Positions 1-9,355 of a stretch of 39,530 nt of DNA are shown piece after piece. The translations under genes and the position numbers were made by a program. The notes under the pieces are model-generated. The model searched no databases. It was not told the DNA's origin and saw nothing but the letters and a program-made list of their open reading frames with translations. Within the stretch, counting starts at the first letter, position 1, and the number at the start of each line of letters is the position of its first letter. The stretch is from a virus (Duplodnaviria > Caudoviricetes). Where the stretch lies: IMG/VR virus record IMGVR_UViG_3300037634_001012, positions 1 to 39,530 of that record, one strand, 5' to 3'.

Positions 1-1
1 A

Positions 2-1144
2 AATGGCCAAACGAAGTCTGGTTTATATTCTTTGTTTATCCCAATGGAGTGGAACTACGAAGGATTTATTGATGAGTATGGAATTCCAGTTTTTGATACA
101 CCAGACGTCGATGTGCTCGGCCCAGATGGTGAATTAATAGATATAGGTATTGTAGAACATTGGCAAAATGAAGCTGATGGTTTAAAAGGAGATCATGACG
201 CATTAAATGAATTCTATAGACAATTCCCTAAGACAACAGAACACGCGTTTAGAGATGAGGCAAAAGGTAGTATCTTTAATCTAGTTAAGATATATGAACA
301 GATAGATTATAATGAAGAAATGTCTAGAACCCTTGGAATCACTAAAGGTAATTTCCAATGGGTAAATGGAATAAAAGATTCACAAGTTATATTCTATCCA
401 GATCAGAACGGTAGATTTAAAGTCAGTTGGGTTCCAAAAACTGGATTACAAAATAGAGTGGTACTTAAAAATGGTATTAAATATCCTGGTAATGAACATA
501 TGGGAGCATTTGGTTGTGACTCCTATGACATATCAGGGACCGTAGATGGAGAAGGATCTAAAGGAGCATTACATGGTCTTACTAGATTCAGCATGGAGGA
601 TGCCCCGGCTAATAGCTTTTTTTTAGAATACTTATCAAGACCACCTACGGCTGAAATATTCTTTGAAGACGTTTTAATGGCTTTAGTATTTTATGGTATG
701 CCAATATTAGCAGAGAATAACAAACCTAGATTACTATATTATCTTAGAAGAAGAGGTTATAGAGGGTTTAGTATGAACAGGCCAGACAAAATATGGAACA
801 AATTGTCTGTAGCAGAAAAAGAAGTTGGAGGAATCCCTAACTCTAGCGAAGACATAAAACAAGCGCATGCCGCGGCTATTGAAATGTATATTCAAGATCA
901 TGTAGGTATAAAACAAGATGGGGCGTTTGGAGATTTATATTTTAATACTTTACTAAACGATTGGACTAGATTTGATATAAATAAGCGTACAAAGTTTGAT
1001 GCAACAATAAGTTCAGGTTTAGCAATCATGGCAAACAATAGACATCTATATGCTCCAAATGCAAAAATAGAAAAACCAAAATTAAACATACAAGTCTCTA
1101 AGTACGAGAATAAAGGTAGTATGTCTAAAATAATTAAAAAATAA
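2..1144 (+). CDS. terL: Terminase large subunit, C-terminal nuclease portion (5' truncated by window edge)
   Basis: Frame is open from position 2 (NGQTKSGLYSLFIPMEW...), so the ORF-track start at 32 is not the real start. Contains EFYRQFP, RNase H-like nuclease motifs (FGCDSYD, ILAENNKP, KFDATISSGLA), and lies directly upstream of the portal gene. Confidence 0.9.
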   Translation, partial: NGQTKSGLYSLFIPMEWNYEGFIDEYGIPVFDTPDVDVLGPDGELIDIGIVEHWQNEADGLKGDHDALNEFYRQFPKTTEHAFRDEAKGSIFNLVKIYEQIDYNEEMSRTLGITKGNFQWVNGIKDSQVIFYPDQNGRFKVSWVPKTGLQNRVVLKNGIKYPGNEHMGAFGCDSYDISGTVDGEGSKGALHGLTRFSMEDAPANSFFLEYLSRPPTAEIFFEDVLMALVFYGMPILAENNKPRLLYYLRRRGYRGFSMNRPDKIWNKLSVAEKEVGGIPNSSEDIKQAHAAAIEMYIQDHVGIKQDGAFGDLYFNTLLNDWTRFDINKRTKFDATISSGLAIMANNRHLYAPNAKIEKPKLNIQVSKYENKGSMSKIIKK

Positions 1145-1146
1145 AT

Positions 1147-3567
1147 ATGGCAGAGTCTGGCATTAAAAGTTATTTTCCTAGTCAAACTGTAAGTGACGCT
1201 GAGAAGTTAAGTTACGACTATGGTTTAAAGGTAGCAAAAGCTATCGAAACAGAATGGTTTAATAATGAAAGGAGTTCTAGTAGATATAGAACTAGTTATA
1301 ATAATTTTCATAGATTAAGATTGTATGCTAGAGGCGAGCAATCAATTCAAAAATATAAGGATGAGTTATCGATAAATGGTGATTTGTCCTATTTAAATTT
1401 AGATTGGACACCAGTTCCAATTGTATCTAAATTTGTAGATATAGTGGTTAATGGTATTGCTGAAAGAATGTACGACATAAAAGCCTTTTCTCAATCACCT
1501 AATGGTGTTCAAAAGCGGACCGAATACATGGAGCGTATTTTAAGCGACATGAGAATGGAAGAATTTAATAAAGATGTTGAGCAAAGATTTGGTTTAAATA
1601 TGAAAGAAAGTGAATTGAATGAATTACCGCAATCAGAAGAAGAATTAGGTATTCATATGCAACTCACTTATAAGCAATCAGTAGAATTAGCCGAAGAGCA
1701 AGCTTTAAATGTTTTGTTTGAAGGTAATAAGTATGAACTAACAAAGAAAAGATTTTATTATGATCTAACTGTGTTAGGCATAGGCGCTGTAAAAACCTCT
1801 TTTAACACCTCTGAAGGAGTTGTTATAGATTATGTTGATCCTGCTAATCTTGTTTACTCTCACACCGATTCCCCTTATTTTGATGATATATACTATGTTG
1901 GTGAAGTTAAATCCATTCCAGTAAATGAATTAGCTAAGCAATTTCCTGAATTAACAGAGAGCGATCTTGAGGATATTATGAAAAACAAGTCGTTTAATAG
2001 AAATAATAATACCACAAGATATTCTTCAGATCAAGAAGATAACAATACAATCCAAGTTTTGTATTTTAACTATAAAACTTATATGAATGAGGTTTATAAA
2101 TTAAAAGAAACTGGGACTGGAGCCGATAAGATTTTAGCAAAAGATGATGCGTTTAATCCACCGAAAGATAAAGAAGGTGGATATTCAAAATTATTACGAT
2201 CTATAGAGTGTTTATATGATGGAGCAATAATTCTTGGTACTGATAAATTGCTCAAATGGGAGATGGCTAAAAATATGATGCGTCCTAAAAGTGATTTTAC
2301 TAAAGTTAAAATGAACTATGCTATTGTTGCACCTAGAATGTATAATGGTAAAATTGATTCTTTAGTAAAACGTATAACGGGGTTTGCTGATATGATACAG
2401 TTAACTCATCTTAAACTTCAGCAAGTATTATCTAGAATGGTTCCAGATGGGGTTTATTTAGACGCTGATGGTTTAGCAGAGGTTGATTTAGGTAATGGAA
2501 CAAATTATAATCCACAAGAAGCTTTAAACATGTTCTTCCAAACTGGTAGTGTGATTGGTAGGAGTTTTACAAGTGAAGGAGATTTAAATCCTGGTAAAGT
2601 ACCTATTCAAGAAATAACAAGTGGCAGTGGAGGAAACAAAATGCAAGCTCTTATAGGTAATTATAATTACTACTTACAAATGATTAGAGATTGTACAGGG
2701 TTAAACGAAGCTAGAGACGGTAGTTTACCAGATAAAAACGCTTTAGTAGGTGTTCAAAAATTAGCTGCCGCAAATTCTAATACAGCAACTAGACACATAT
2801 TACAAGGTGGATTATTTTTAACAGCTGAAGTGGCAGAATGTTTATCACTTAGAATATCTGACATATTAGAATATTCTCCGACTGCTGACGCTTTTGTTCA
2901 AGCTATTGGGTCTCATAATGTGGCTACACTAGACGAAATGTCTGAACTGCATCTTTATGATTTTGGTATATTTATAGAATTACAACCAGATGAAGAAGAA
3001 AAAACTATACTTGAAAATAACATCCAAATGGCATTACAACAGAAAAGTATAGAGTTAGAAGACGCTATTGATCTTAGGGAAATCAAAAATATAAAACTTG
3101 CTAATCAGTTGTTGAAAATAAGGAGAATTAAAAAACAAGAAAGAGACAGGCAACTTCAATTAGAAAATATTAGAGCTCAAACCCAATCTAACACTCAAGC
3201 TGCCCAAGCTGCAGCACAAGTAGAGGTTCAAAAAAACCAAGCGTTAACACAGGGTAAATTACAAATAGAACAAACAAAAGCACAGATCGACGCTCAAAAA
3301 ATGCAACAAGAGGTTGCACACAAAAAAGAATTAATGGCATTAGAATTCCAATACAATATGCAACTTAAAGGTATTGAAACGGATGGGGTAAAGGAAAGGG
3401 AACGTCAAAAAGAAGATCGTAAAGATGAAAGAACAAAAATACAAGCAACACAACAATCAGAGATGATTGAACAAAGAAATAGTGGCAAGCCACCTAAAAA
3501 TTTTGAATCCGCAGGTAATGATATACTAGGTGGCGGATTTGATTTAGGTGCATTTGACCCTAAATAA
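1147..3567 (+). CDS. Portal protein
   Basis: 806 aa, follows terL. LNLDWTPVPIVSKFVDIVVNG and TGLNEARDG motifs resemble portals of Bacteroidota phages. Long Gln-rich coiled-coil C-terminus (barrel-like, as in P22-type portals). Confidence 0.88.
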   Translation: MAESGIKSYFPSQTVSDAEKLSYDYGLKVAKAIETEWFNNERSSSRYRTSYNNFHRLRLYARGEQSIQKYKDELSINGDLSYLNLDWTPVPIVSKFVDIVVNGIAERMYDIKAFSQSPNGVQKRTEYMERILSDMRMEEFNKDVEQRFGLNMKESELNELPQSEEELGIHMQLTYKQSVELAEEQALNVLFEGNKYELTKKRFYYDLTVLGIGAVKTSFNTSEGVVIDYVDPANLVYSHTDSPYFDDIYYVGEVKSIPVNELAKQFPELTESDLEDIMKNKSFNRNNNTTRYSSDQEDNNTIQVLYFNYKTYMNEVYKLKETGTGADKILAKDDAFNPPKDKEGGYSKLLRSIECLYDGAIILGTDKLLKWEMAKNMMRPKSDFTKVKMNYAIVAPRMYNGKIDSLVKRITGFADMIQLTHLKLQQVLSRMVPDGVYLDADGLAEVDLGNGTNYNPQEALNMFFQTGSVIGRSFTSEGDLNPGKVPIQEITSGSGGNKMQALIGNYNYYLQMIRDCTGLNEARDGSLPDKNALVGVQKLAAANSNTATRHILQGGLFLTAEVAECLSLRISDILEYSPTADAFVQAIGSHNVATLDEMSELHLYDFGIFIELQPDEEEKTILENNIQMALQQKSIELEDAIDLREIKNIKLANQLLKIRRIKKQERDRQLQLENIRAQTQSNTQAAQAAAQVEVQKNQALTQGKLQIEQTKAQIDAQKMQQEVAHKKELMALEFQYNMQLKGIETDGVKERERQKEDRKDERTKIQATQQSEMIEQRNSGKPPKNFESAGNDILGGGFDLGAFDPK

Positions 3568-3597
3568 ACTTTTTATTAATTATTATTATATTATATT

Positions 3598-4758
3598 ATG
3601 GAAGAAAAAGATGAACAAGTAGTTGAAGAAACTACACAAGAATCAACTGAACAAGTTGATGAAAACAAATTTGAAAGCGCTGGAGATGATAGCGTAACTA
3701 AAGTAGATTTAAGTAAACCACCAAAAGAAAAAGAAGATGAACAACCAGTTGATAACACAAAAACCGAGGATGTTCAAGAAGAGGTTATTGAAGAAACGAC
3801 TAGTAAAGAAGAGGTTGTTGACGAATCTACAGAAGATACTGAAACACCTGTTTTAGAAGAAATTACAGAAGAAGAAACAGCTGAAGAATTAGAAGAGCAA
3901 GTTGAAGAAGCTGTTGCTGAAGCCACTGGAAAACCAATCCCTGAAAATATCCAAAAACTAATGGATTTCATGGAGGATACCGGTGGTGATTTAAATGATT
4001 ATGTTAAACTTAATCAAGATTACAGTAAGTTAGAAGATAACGATTTATTATATGAATATTATAAACAAACAAAACCTCATTTAAATACAGAAGAAATTAA
4101 CTTCCTTATGGAAGACACGTTCTCTTACGACGAAGATATGGATGAAGAAAGAGATATACGTAGAAAGAAATTAGCGTTAAAAGAGCAAGTTGCCGACGCT
4201 AAAGCCCACCTGGACGGGCAAAAGTCCAAATACTATGAAGATATCAAAGCTGGGTCAAAGTTGACCCAAGAACAACAAAAAGCAGTTGATTTCTTTAATA
4301 GATACAACAAGGAATCAGAGGTAACTAAAAAAGCAGCAAAAACTAATTCTGATATTTTTACACAAAAAACTGATAAAGTTTTTAACGACAAGTTCAAAGG
4401 TTTTGAATATAACGTCGGTGATAAAAGATACAGGTTTAATGTAAATAATGCTGAAGAGGTTAAAAACACCCAAAGTGATTTAAACAATTTTACCAAAAAG
4501 TTTTTGGATAAAAAAATGGGTTTAAAGGATGCTAAGGGTTATCATAAATCTCTATTTACAGCAATGAACGCAGACGCTGTTGCTAATCACTTTTATGAAC
4601 AAGGAAAAGCAGATGCTATGAAAGGTAGTGTTGCTAAAGCCAAAAACGTGAATATGAATCCAAGACAAGCTCATGGAACTATTGAAGCGGGTGGTGTTAA
4701 AGTAAGAGTGTTAGGTGAAGATTCCACTGATTTTAAGTTTAAAATTAAACAAAAATAA
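3598..4758 (+). CDS. Capsid scaffolding protein (putative)
   Basis: Between portal and MCP. Very acidic, low-complexity N-terminal ~110 aa, helical middle, basic C-terminal tail (FKFKIKQK). Confidence 0.7.
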   Translation: MEEKDEQVVEETTQESTEQVDENKFESAGDDSVTKVDLSKPPKEKEDEQPVDNTKTEDVQEEVIEETTSKEEVVDESTEDTETPVLEEITEEETAEELEEQVEEAVAEATGKPIPENIQKLMDFMEDTGGDLNDYVKLNQDYSKLEDNDLLYEYYKQTKPHLNTEEINFLMEDTFSYDEDMDEERDIRRKKLALKEQVADAKAHLDGQKSKYYEDIKAGSKLTQEQQKAVDFFNRYNKESEVTKKAAKTNSDIFTQKTDKVFNDKFKGFEYNVGDKRYRFNVNNAEEVKNTQSDLNNFTKKFLDKKMGLKDAKGYHKSLFTAMNADAVANHFYEQGKADAMKGSVAKAKNVNMNPRQAHGTIEAGGVKVRVLGEDSTDFKFKIKQK

Positions 4759-4778
4759 CAATTTAAAATTACAAAATT

Positions 4779-6287
4779 ATGGCAATTTCAAATCCGGGAC
4801 CTGGTCATTCGGGAACCACTGGTAGTTTGAATAGCGTACCTGCTTCGAAAAAAGCAACACTATCTTCAAATTACTTAGATTTCGCGGACGGTGCGTCTAA
4901 CAACGACTGGTCCCAACAATACCTGCCTGACTTAATGGAAAAAGAAGCTGAAGTGTTCGGTACTAGAACTATCGCAGGTTTTTTGGCTCAAGTTGGTGCA
5001 GAAGAGGCTATGTCCTCAGACCAAGTAGTTTGGTCGGAACAAGGTAGATTACATCTATCTTATGTAGGTTCGATGGTTATTAATAGTGGAGTATTTACAT
5101 TTTCAACTGATATAGACGGTAATACTATTAGTTCTGGCGAACACGGTGTTCGTCTCAATGATATGTGCATTTTAGCTACGAATGAGGGTGCTATTAAATG
5201 TCAGGTTGGTGTGGTAGACGCTACAACCTGCACGCTTTACCCTTATGAAGATGAGGATATTGAAGATACGTCTGCTTTTACAGCTGGTGTTACAACTACG
5301 GCTACATTATTAGTTATTGGCTCTGAATGGGGTAAAGGTGTAGCTGATCAAGGTGGAACCGCATCTTCAACAGCGGGTTATGGTAATACTCAACCTACAC
5401 ACACTTCATTTTCTAACAAACCAATCATAATTAAAGATTACTATGAGATCTCTGGATCTGACGCTTCTGCAATTGGCTGGGTTGAAATAACTGGGGAAGA
5501 TGGACAAAGTGGATATCTTTGGTATTTAAAAGCTGAAGGTGATACTAGATCTCGTTTTTCTGATTACTTAGAAATGACAATGCTAGAAGCCGTTAAAGGT
5601 GTAGCTGCTGGAAGTACTGACGCTGATCATGGTGTTGGTGGTTTAACTGCTGGTAACACTATTGGTACTGAAGGTTTATTCGCTGCAGTTGAAACTCGTG
5701 GTAACATTACTACTGGTGTAACTGGTGTTAATGCTGCTACTGATTTAGCTGAATTTGACGCTATCTTAGCTGAGTTTGACTCTCAAGGCGCTATTGAAGA
5801 AAACATGATGTTTGTTAATAGATCAACATCTTTAGCAATTGATGACATGTTAGCTTCAATGAATTCTTACGGGGCTGGTGGTACTTCTTACGGAGTATTC
5901 AACAACTCAGAAGACATGGCACTTAATTTAGGTTTCTCTGGTTTCAGACGTGGATCTTACGATTTCTACAAATCTGATTTCAGATACTTAAATGACAAAG
6001 CAACAAGAGGTAGTATTAATGCTAGAGATACTGTAGCTCCACTTAGAGGAGTTATTATCCCAGCTGGTACATCCACTGTTTACGATCAATCATTAGGAAA
6101 AAACCTTAAACGCCCTTTCTTACATGTTAGATACAGAGCTTCTCAAACAGAAAGTAGAAAATACAAAACTTGGGTTACAGGTTCTGTAGGCGCTACTACA
6201 TCTGATATTGATGCGATGGAAGTACATTATCTATCAGAAAGATGTTTGATTACACAAGGTGCTAACAATTTCATGTTAATGAAATAA
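4779..6287 (+). CDS. Major capsid protein
   Basis: 502 aa after the scaffold and followed by a strong terminator. Motifs QQYLPDL, WSEQGRLH, GYLWYLK, LNLGFSGFRRGSYDFYK, YLSERCL...GANNF resemble MCPs of this phage type. Confidence 0.88.
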   Translation: MAISNPGPGHSGTTGSLNSVPASKKATLSSNYLDFADGASNNDWSQQYLPDLMEKEAEVFGTRTIAGFLAQVGAEEAMSSDQVVWSEQGRLHLSYVGSMVINSGVFTFSTDIDGNTISSGEHGVRLNDMCILATNEGAIKCQVGVVDATTCTLYPYEDEDIEDTSAFTAGVTTTATLLVIGSEWGKGVADQGGTASSTAGYGNTQPTHTSFSNKPIIIKDYYEISGSDASAIGWVEITGEDGQSGYLWYLKAEGDTRSRFSDYLEMTMLEAVKGVAAGSTDADHGVGGLTAGNTIGTEGLFAAVETRGNITTGVTGVNAATDLAEFDAILAEFDSQGAIEENMMFVNRSTSLAIDDMLASMNSYGAGGTSYGVFNNSEDMALNLGFSGFRRGSYDFYKSDFRYLNDKATRGSINARDTVAPLRGVIIPAGTSTVYDQSLGKNLKRPFLHVRYRASQTESRKYKTWVTGSVGATTSDIDAMEVHYLSERCLITQGANNFMLMK

Positions 6288-6300
6288 GCATTTATACTTT

Positions 6301-6338
6301 AAAAGAACCGAGGTTTCGGCCTCGGTCCTTTTATTTTT
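6301..6338 (+). terminator. Rho-independent terminator after MCP
   Basis: Stem ACCGAGGT / loop TTCG / GCCTCGGT (6307-6326) followed by CCTTTTATTTTT. Confidence 0.85.
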
Positions 6339-6362
6339 ATTAATTTTATTATATATTATATT

Positions 6363-7190
6363 ATGGCAAAGAAAACAAAAAAAACAGAGACGGTAGAAAC
6401 ACCGAAGGTTGTAAAACAACCAAAAGTTGAAACACCGGTTATGGAAATTCCAAAACCAAAAAAAGATAAATGGGAAATTAAAGATAGAACATATTTTTTA
6501 AAGGGAGGTAAAAAACCTTTATCTTACATTATAAAATCAGCTAATGTATATTGGTTTGATGAAGAAAAAGGTTACGAGAGAGAATTAAAATATTGCGAAA
6601 ACCAAAAAACTTGTTTTGTAGACGAAATGAAAGGTGATCAAAGATTATCTCACATTATTTTTAAGTCTGGCGTACTTTTAGTTCCAAGAACAAAAACAGT
6701 TTTACAAAAATTACTTTCTCTATATCATCCACATAGAGGTAAATTATATAGAGAGTTTCAACCAGAGATTAAAGCGGCTACTGAAATTGATGTACTAGAA
6801 ATGGAGATAGAAGCACTAAATGCAGCCCAAAATCTAGACATTGATATGGCAGAAGCTGTTATGCGTGTAGAAGTTGGTTCTGGTGTATCTAGTATGAGTT
6901 CTAAGGAGATTAAACGTGATTTATTATTATATGCTAAGAAAAATCCTAAGTTGTTCTTAGAACTAGTAAACGACGAAAACGTTGTACTTAGAAACTTTGG
7001 TATTAAGGCAACAGAAATGGGGATATTAAAATTATCCTCTGATCAAAGAACGTTCAGTTGGGGTAGTAATGACAGGAAGTTGATGAACGTCCCGTTTGAT
7101 GAACACCCTTATTCAGCTTTAGCCGCTTGGTTTAAAACTGATGAAGGAATGGAGATTTACTCCAATATAGAAAAACGATTAAATTCGTAA
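6363..7190 (+). CDS. Conserved phage protein downstream of MCP (head-associated or assembly role, unknown)
   Basis: 275-aa ORF with Lys/Glu/Pro-rich N-terminus and a globular/helical remainder; position between MCP and tail ring genes. Confidence 0.6.
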   Translation: MAKKTKKTETVETPKVVKQPKVETPVMEIPKPKKDKWEIKDRTYFLKGGKKPLSYIIKSANVYWFDEEKGYERELKYCENQKTCFVDEMKGDQRLSHIIFKSGVLLVPRTKTVLQKLLSLYHPHRGKLYREFQPEIKAATEIDVLEMEIEALNAAQNLDIDMAEAVMRVEVGSGVSSMSSKEIKRDLLLYAKKNPKLFLELVNDENVVLRNFGIKATEMGILKLSSDQRTFSWGSNDRKLMNVPFDEHPYSALAAWFKTDEGMEIYSNIEKRLNS

Positions 7191-7196
7191 CAACCT

Positions 7197-7237
7197 TAGT
7201 AGAGCAACCACTCTATAAAAGGGTGGTTGCGTTACTA
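7197..7237 (+). other. Intergenic stem-loop (processing/stabilising hairpin or weak terminator)
   Basis: GCAACCACTC / TATAAAA / GGGTGGTTGC (7204-7230), extendable by TAGTA/TACTA; no downstream T-tract. Confidence 0.6.
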
Positions 7238-7254
7238 TAAATTAAAAAAAAATT

Positions 7255-7989
7255 ATGGCAGTAAGCGTAGATACAGTATATCAAAAAGTTTTAGCGTTAG
7301 CTAATAAAGAACAAAGAGGATATATAACACCTCAAGAATTCAACTTGTTTGCTGACCAAGCTCAAATGGAAATATTTGAACAATATTTCTATGATTTAAA
7401 TCAATTTAAAAGAAGACCAGGTAATGATACTGAATATACTGATCCAGTTGAAATAATTAATAAGAAATTATATTTATTTAAAAGAATATTCTCAGGACTA
7501 GCAAATGGATATGATTTAAGTGGTGTCTCTGATTTTTATATGTTATCAGACGTATATGACAATACTGGAACTTCTACTGTTGTTGGGGGTTATGAAGATT
7601 CAAAAGTAGTAGAAGAAGTAGATCACTTTAATCTTATTAAAACTCAAAATTCTCCACTAACTAGAGCCACTGTTGATAGACCTATTTATTATATAAGAGA
7701 TAATATAATATATTTTATTCCAAATAATCCCGTAGGTAATTATGGCGGATATTATATTCGTAAACCCGCTAAACCAAATTGGACATATTTAATAGATTCT
7801 ACTAATCAAACTGCTTTGTTTAATCCAGACATAAACGCGGGTTGGCAAGATTTCGAATTACACCCATCTGAAGAACCTAAATTAGTTATTAAAATATTAC
7901 AATTAGCAGGTGTTTCCATAAAAGATTTTAATTTAGCACAATTGGCAGGACAAAAAGAAGCTAGTGTAATACAACAAGAAAAACAATAA
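7255..7989 (+). CDS. Tail ring/adaptor (tail tubular A-like) protein 1
   Basis: NKEQRGYITPQEFNLFA N-terminal motif, YIRKP..PNW and FELHPSEE...LAGV C-terminal motifs resemble crAss-like ring proteins. Confidence 0.7.
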   Translation: MAVSVDTVYQKVLALANKEQRGYITPQEFNLFADQAQMEIFEQYFYDLNQFKRRPGNDTEYTDPVEIINKKLYLFKRIFSGLANGYDLSGVSDFYMLSDVYDNTGTSTVVGGYEDSKVVEEVDHFNLIKTQNSPLTRATVDRPIYYIRDNIIYFIPNNPVGNYGGYYIRKPAKPNWTYLIDSTNQTALFNPDINAGWQDFELHPSEEPKLVIKILQLAGVSIKDFNLAQLAGQKEASVIQQEKQ

Positions 7990-7993
7990 ATAA

Positions 7994-9352
7994 ATGGGAT
8001 TATTAGATAGCACTACACAACAACAATATTACCAAGGAAGTGATTATGGTAATTATCAATTTACTTCTTTAGAAAATATAATTAACCAATTTATGGTTAC
8101 GCATGTCGGAGACCAAAAAATTATAAATAAAGTCAGTAGAATAGATGTTGCTTTTCATGCACAACGAGCTATGCAAGAGTTATCGTTTGATACTTTTAAA
8201 TCTATAAAAGCCCAAGAAATAACAGTGCCAGCAACACTACAGATGATACTCCCACAAGATTATGTAAATTATACAAAAATATCTTGGGTAGATTCTGCTG
8301 GTATAAAACACTCTTTATATCCTACAAGTAAAACTTCTAATCCTCAAAAACATCAAGTTGATTCAAATGGTGAATTTTTATTTGATACAAGTGGGGATAA
8401 AATACCTTCTGGTGAATTAATTACAAATGGAAATTTTCATGGAGGTTATACGAATTGGAATATAAATGTTGATGAAACAGTGCCTGGAACTATTGATTCG
8501 TTTACTACAACTCCATCTACTGCAACCGCTACAGCTGGTGATCCAGATATAGGTTGGTTTTACGGATGGAATGGCAATGCTATTGCTGCTTATAGCGTTC
8601 CGCAATGGAGTGGTATAAATCAGTTAAACGTACCTATAATAAGCGGTGAAGATTATAAGATAACATATACCTTAAGTGGTTATTCTTCTGGAGAATGGAG
8701 CGTTGTAATTATTGATGAAAACGGAGATTATACCGACTCAGGAACTGTAACTTCAAATGGAACTCACACAGCAACAATTACGGCTGGAGGAACTGCTAGC
8801 TCATATACTTCAAATCAAATTTTTATTAGAAATAAATCAGCAACAGCTGGAACTGTTGTTATAGATGATATTTCTGTTGTAAGAGTTGGTGACGGTGAAA
8901 CATCTACTACTTGGTCAAGTTATAAATCTACAACTCCATCTGAAAATAATACTGATGATTATACAGATGATACATATTGGCCAGCTAATGGAGAAAGATA
9001 TGGATTAGATCCTCAACATGCTCAAGCTAATGGTTCGTTTTATATAGATCAACAGTCAGGAAAAATTCATTTTAGTTCTAACATTTCTGGAAAAACTGTT
9101 ATATTAGATTATATAAGCGATGGTTTAGGTACCGACGAGGAAATGCAAGTTCATAAATTTGCAGAAGACGCAATGTATAAATGGATAACCCATGCTATTT
9201 TATCTACATCTTCCTATGGACAAGCTTTAATTCCTAGATTAACAAAAGAAAAGTTTGCAGCTGTAAGAAAAGCAAAATTAAGATTATCAAATATTAAATT
9301 AGAAGAACTTACTCAGATTTTAAGAGGTAAATCTAAACAAATAAAACACTAG
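7994..9352 (+). CDS. Tail ring/adaptor protein 2 with inserted beta-sandwich (CBM-like) domain
   Basis: RAMQELSFD, LPQDYVNY, LDYISDG, VHKFAEDA, KAKLRLSN motifs; Thr/Ser/Gly-rich insert at ~8410-8890. Confidence 0.7.
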   Translation: MGLLDSTTQQQYYQGSDYGNYQFTSLENIINQFMVTHVGDQKIINKVSRIDVAFHAQRAMQELSFDTFKSIKAQEITVPATLQMILPQDYVNYTKISWVDSAGIKHSLYPTSKTSNPQKHQVDSNGEFLFDTSGDKIPSGELITNGNFHGGYTNWNINVDETVPGTIDSFTTTPSTATATAGDPDIGWFYGWNGNAIAAYSVPQWSGINQLNVPIISGEDYKITYTLSGYSSGEWSVVIIDENGDYTDSGTVTSNGTHTATITAGGTASSYTSNQIFIRNKSATAGTVVIDDISVVRVGDGETSTTWSSYKSTTPSENNTDDYTDDTYWPANGERYGLDPQHAQANGSFYIDQQSGKIHFSSNISGKTVILDYISDGLGTDEEMQVHKFAEDAMYKWITHAILSTSSYGQALIPRLTKEKFAAVRKAKLRLSNIKLEELTQILRGKSKQIKH

Positions 9353-9355
9353 TAC

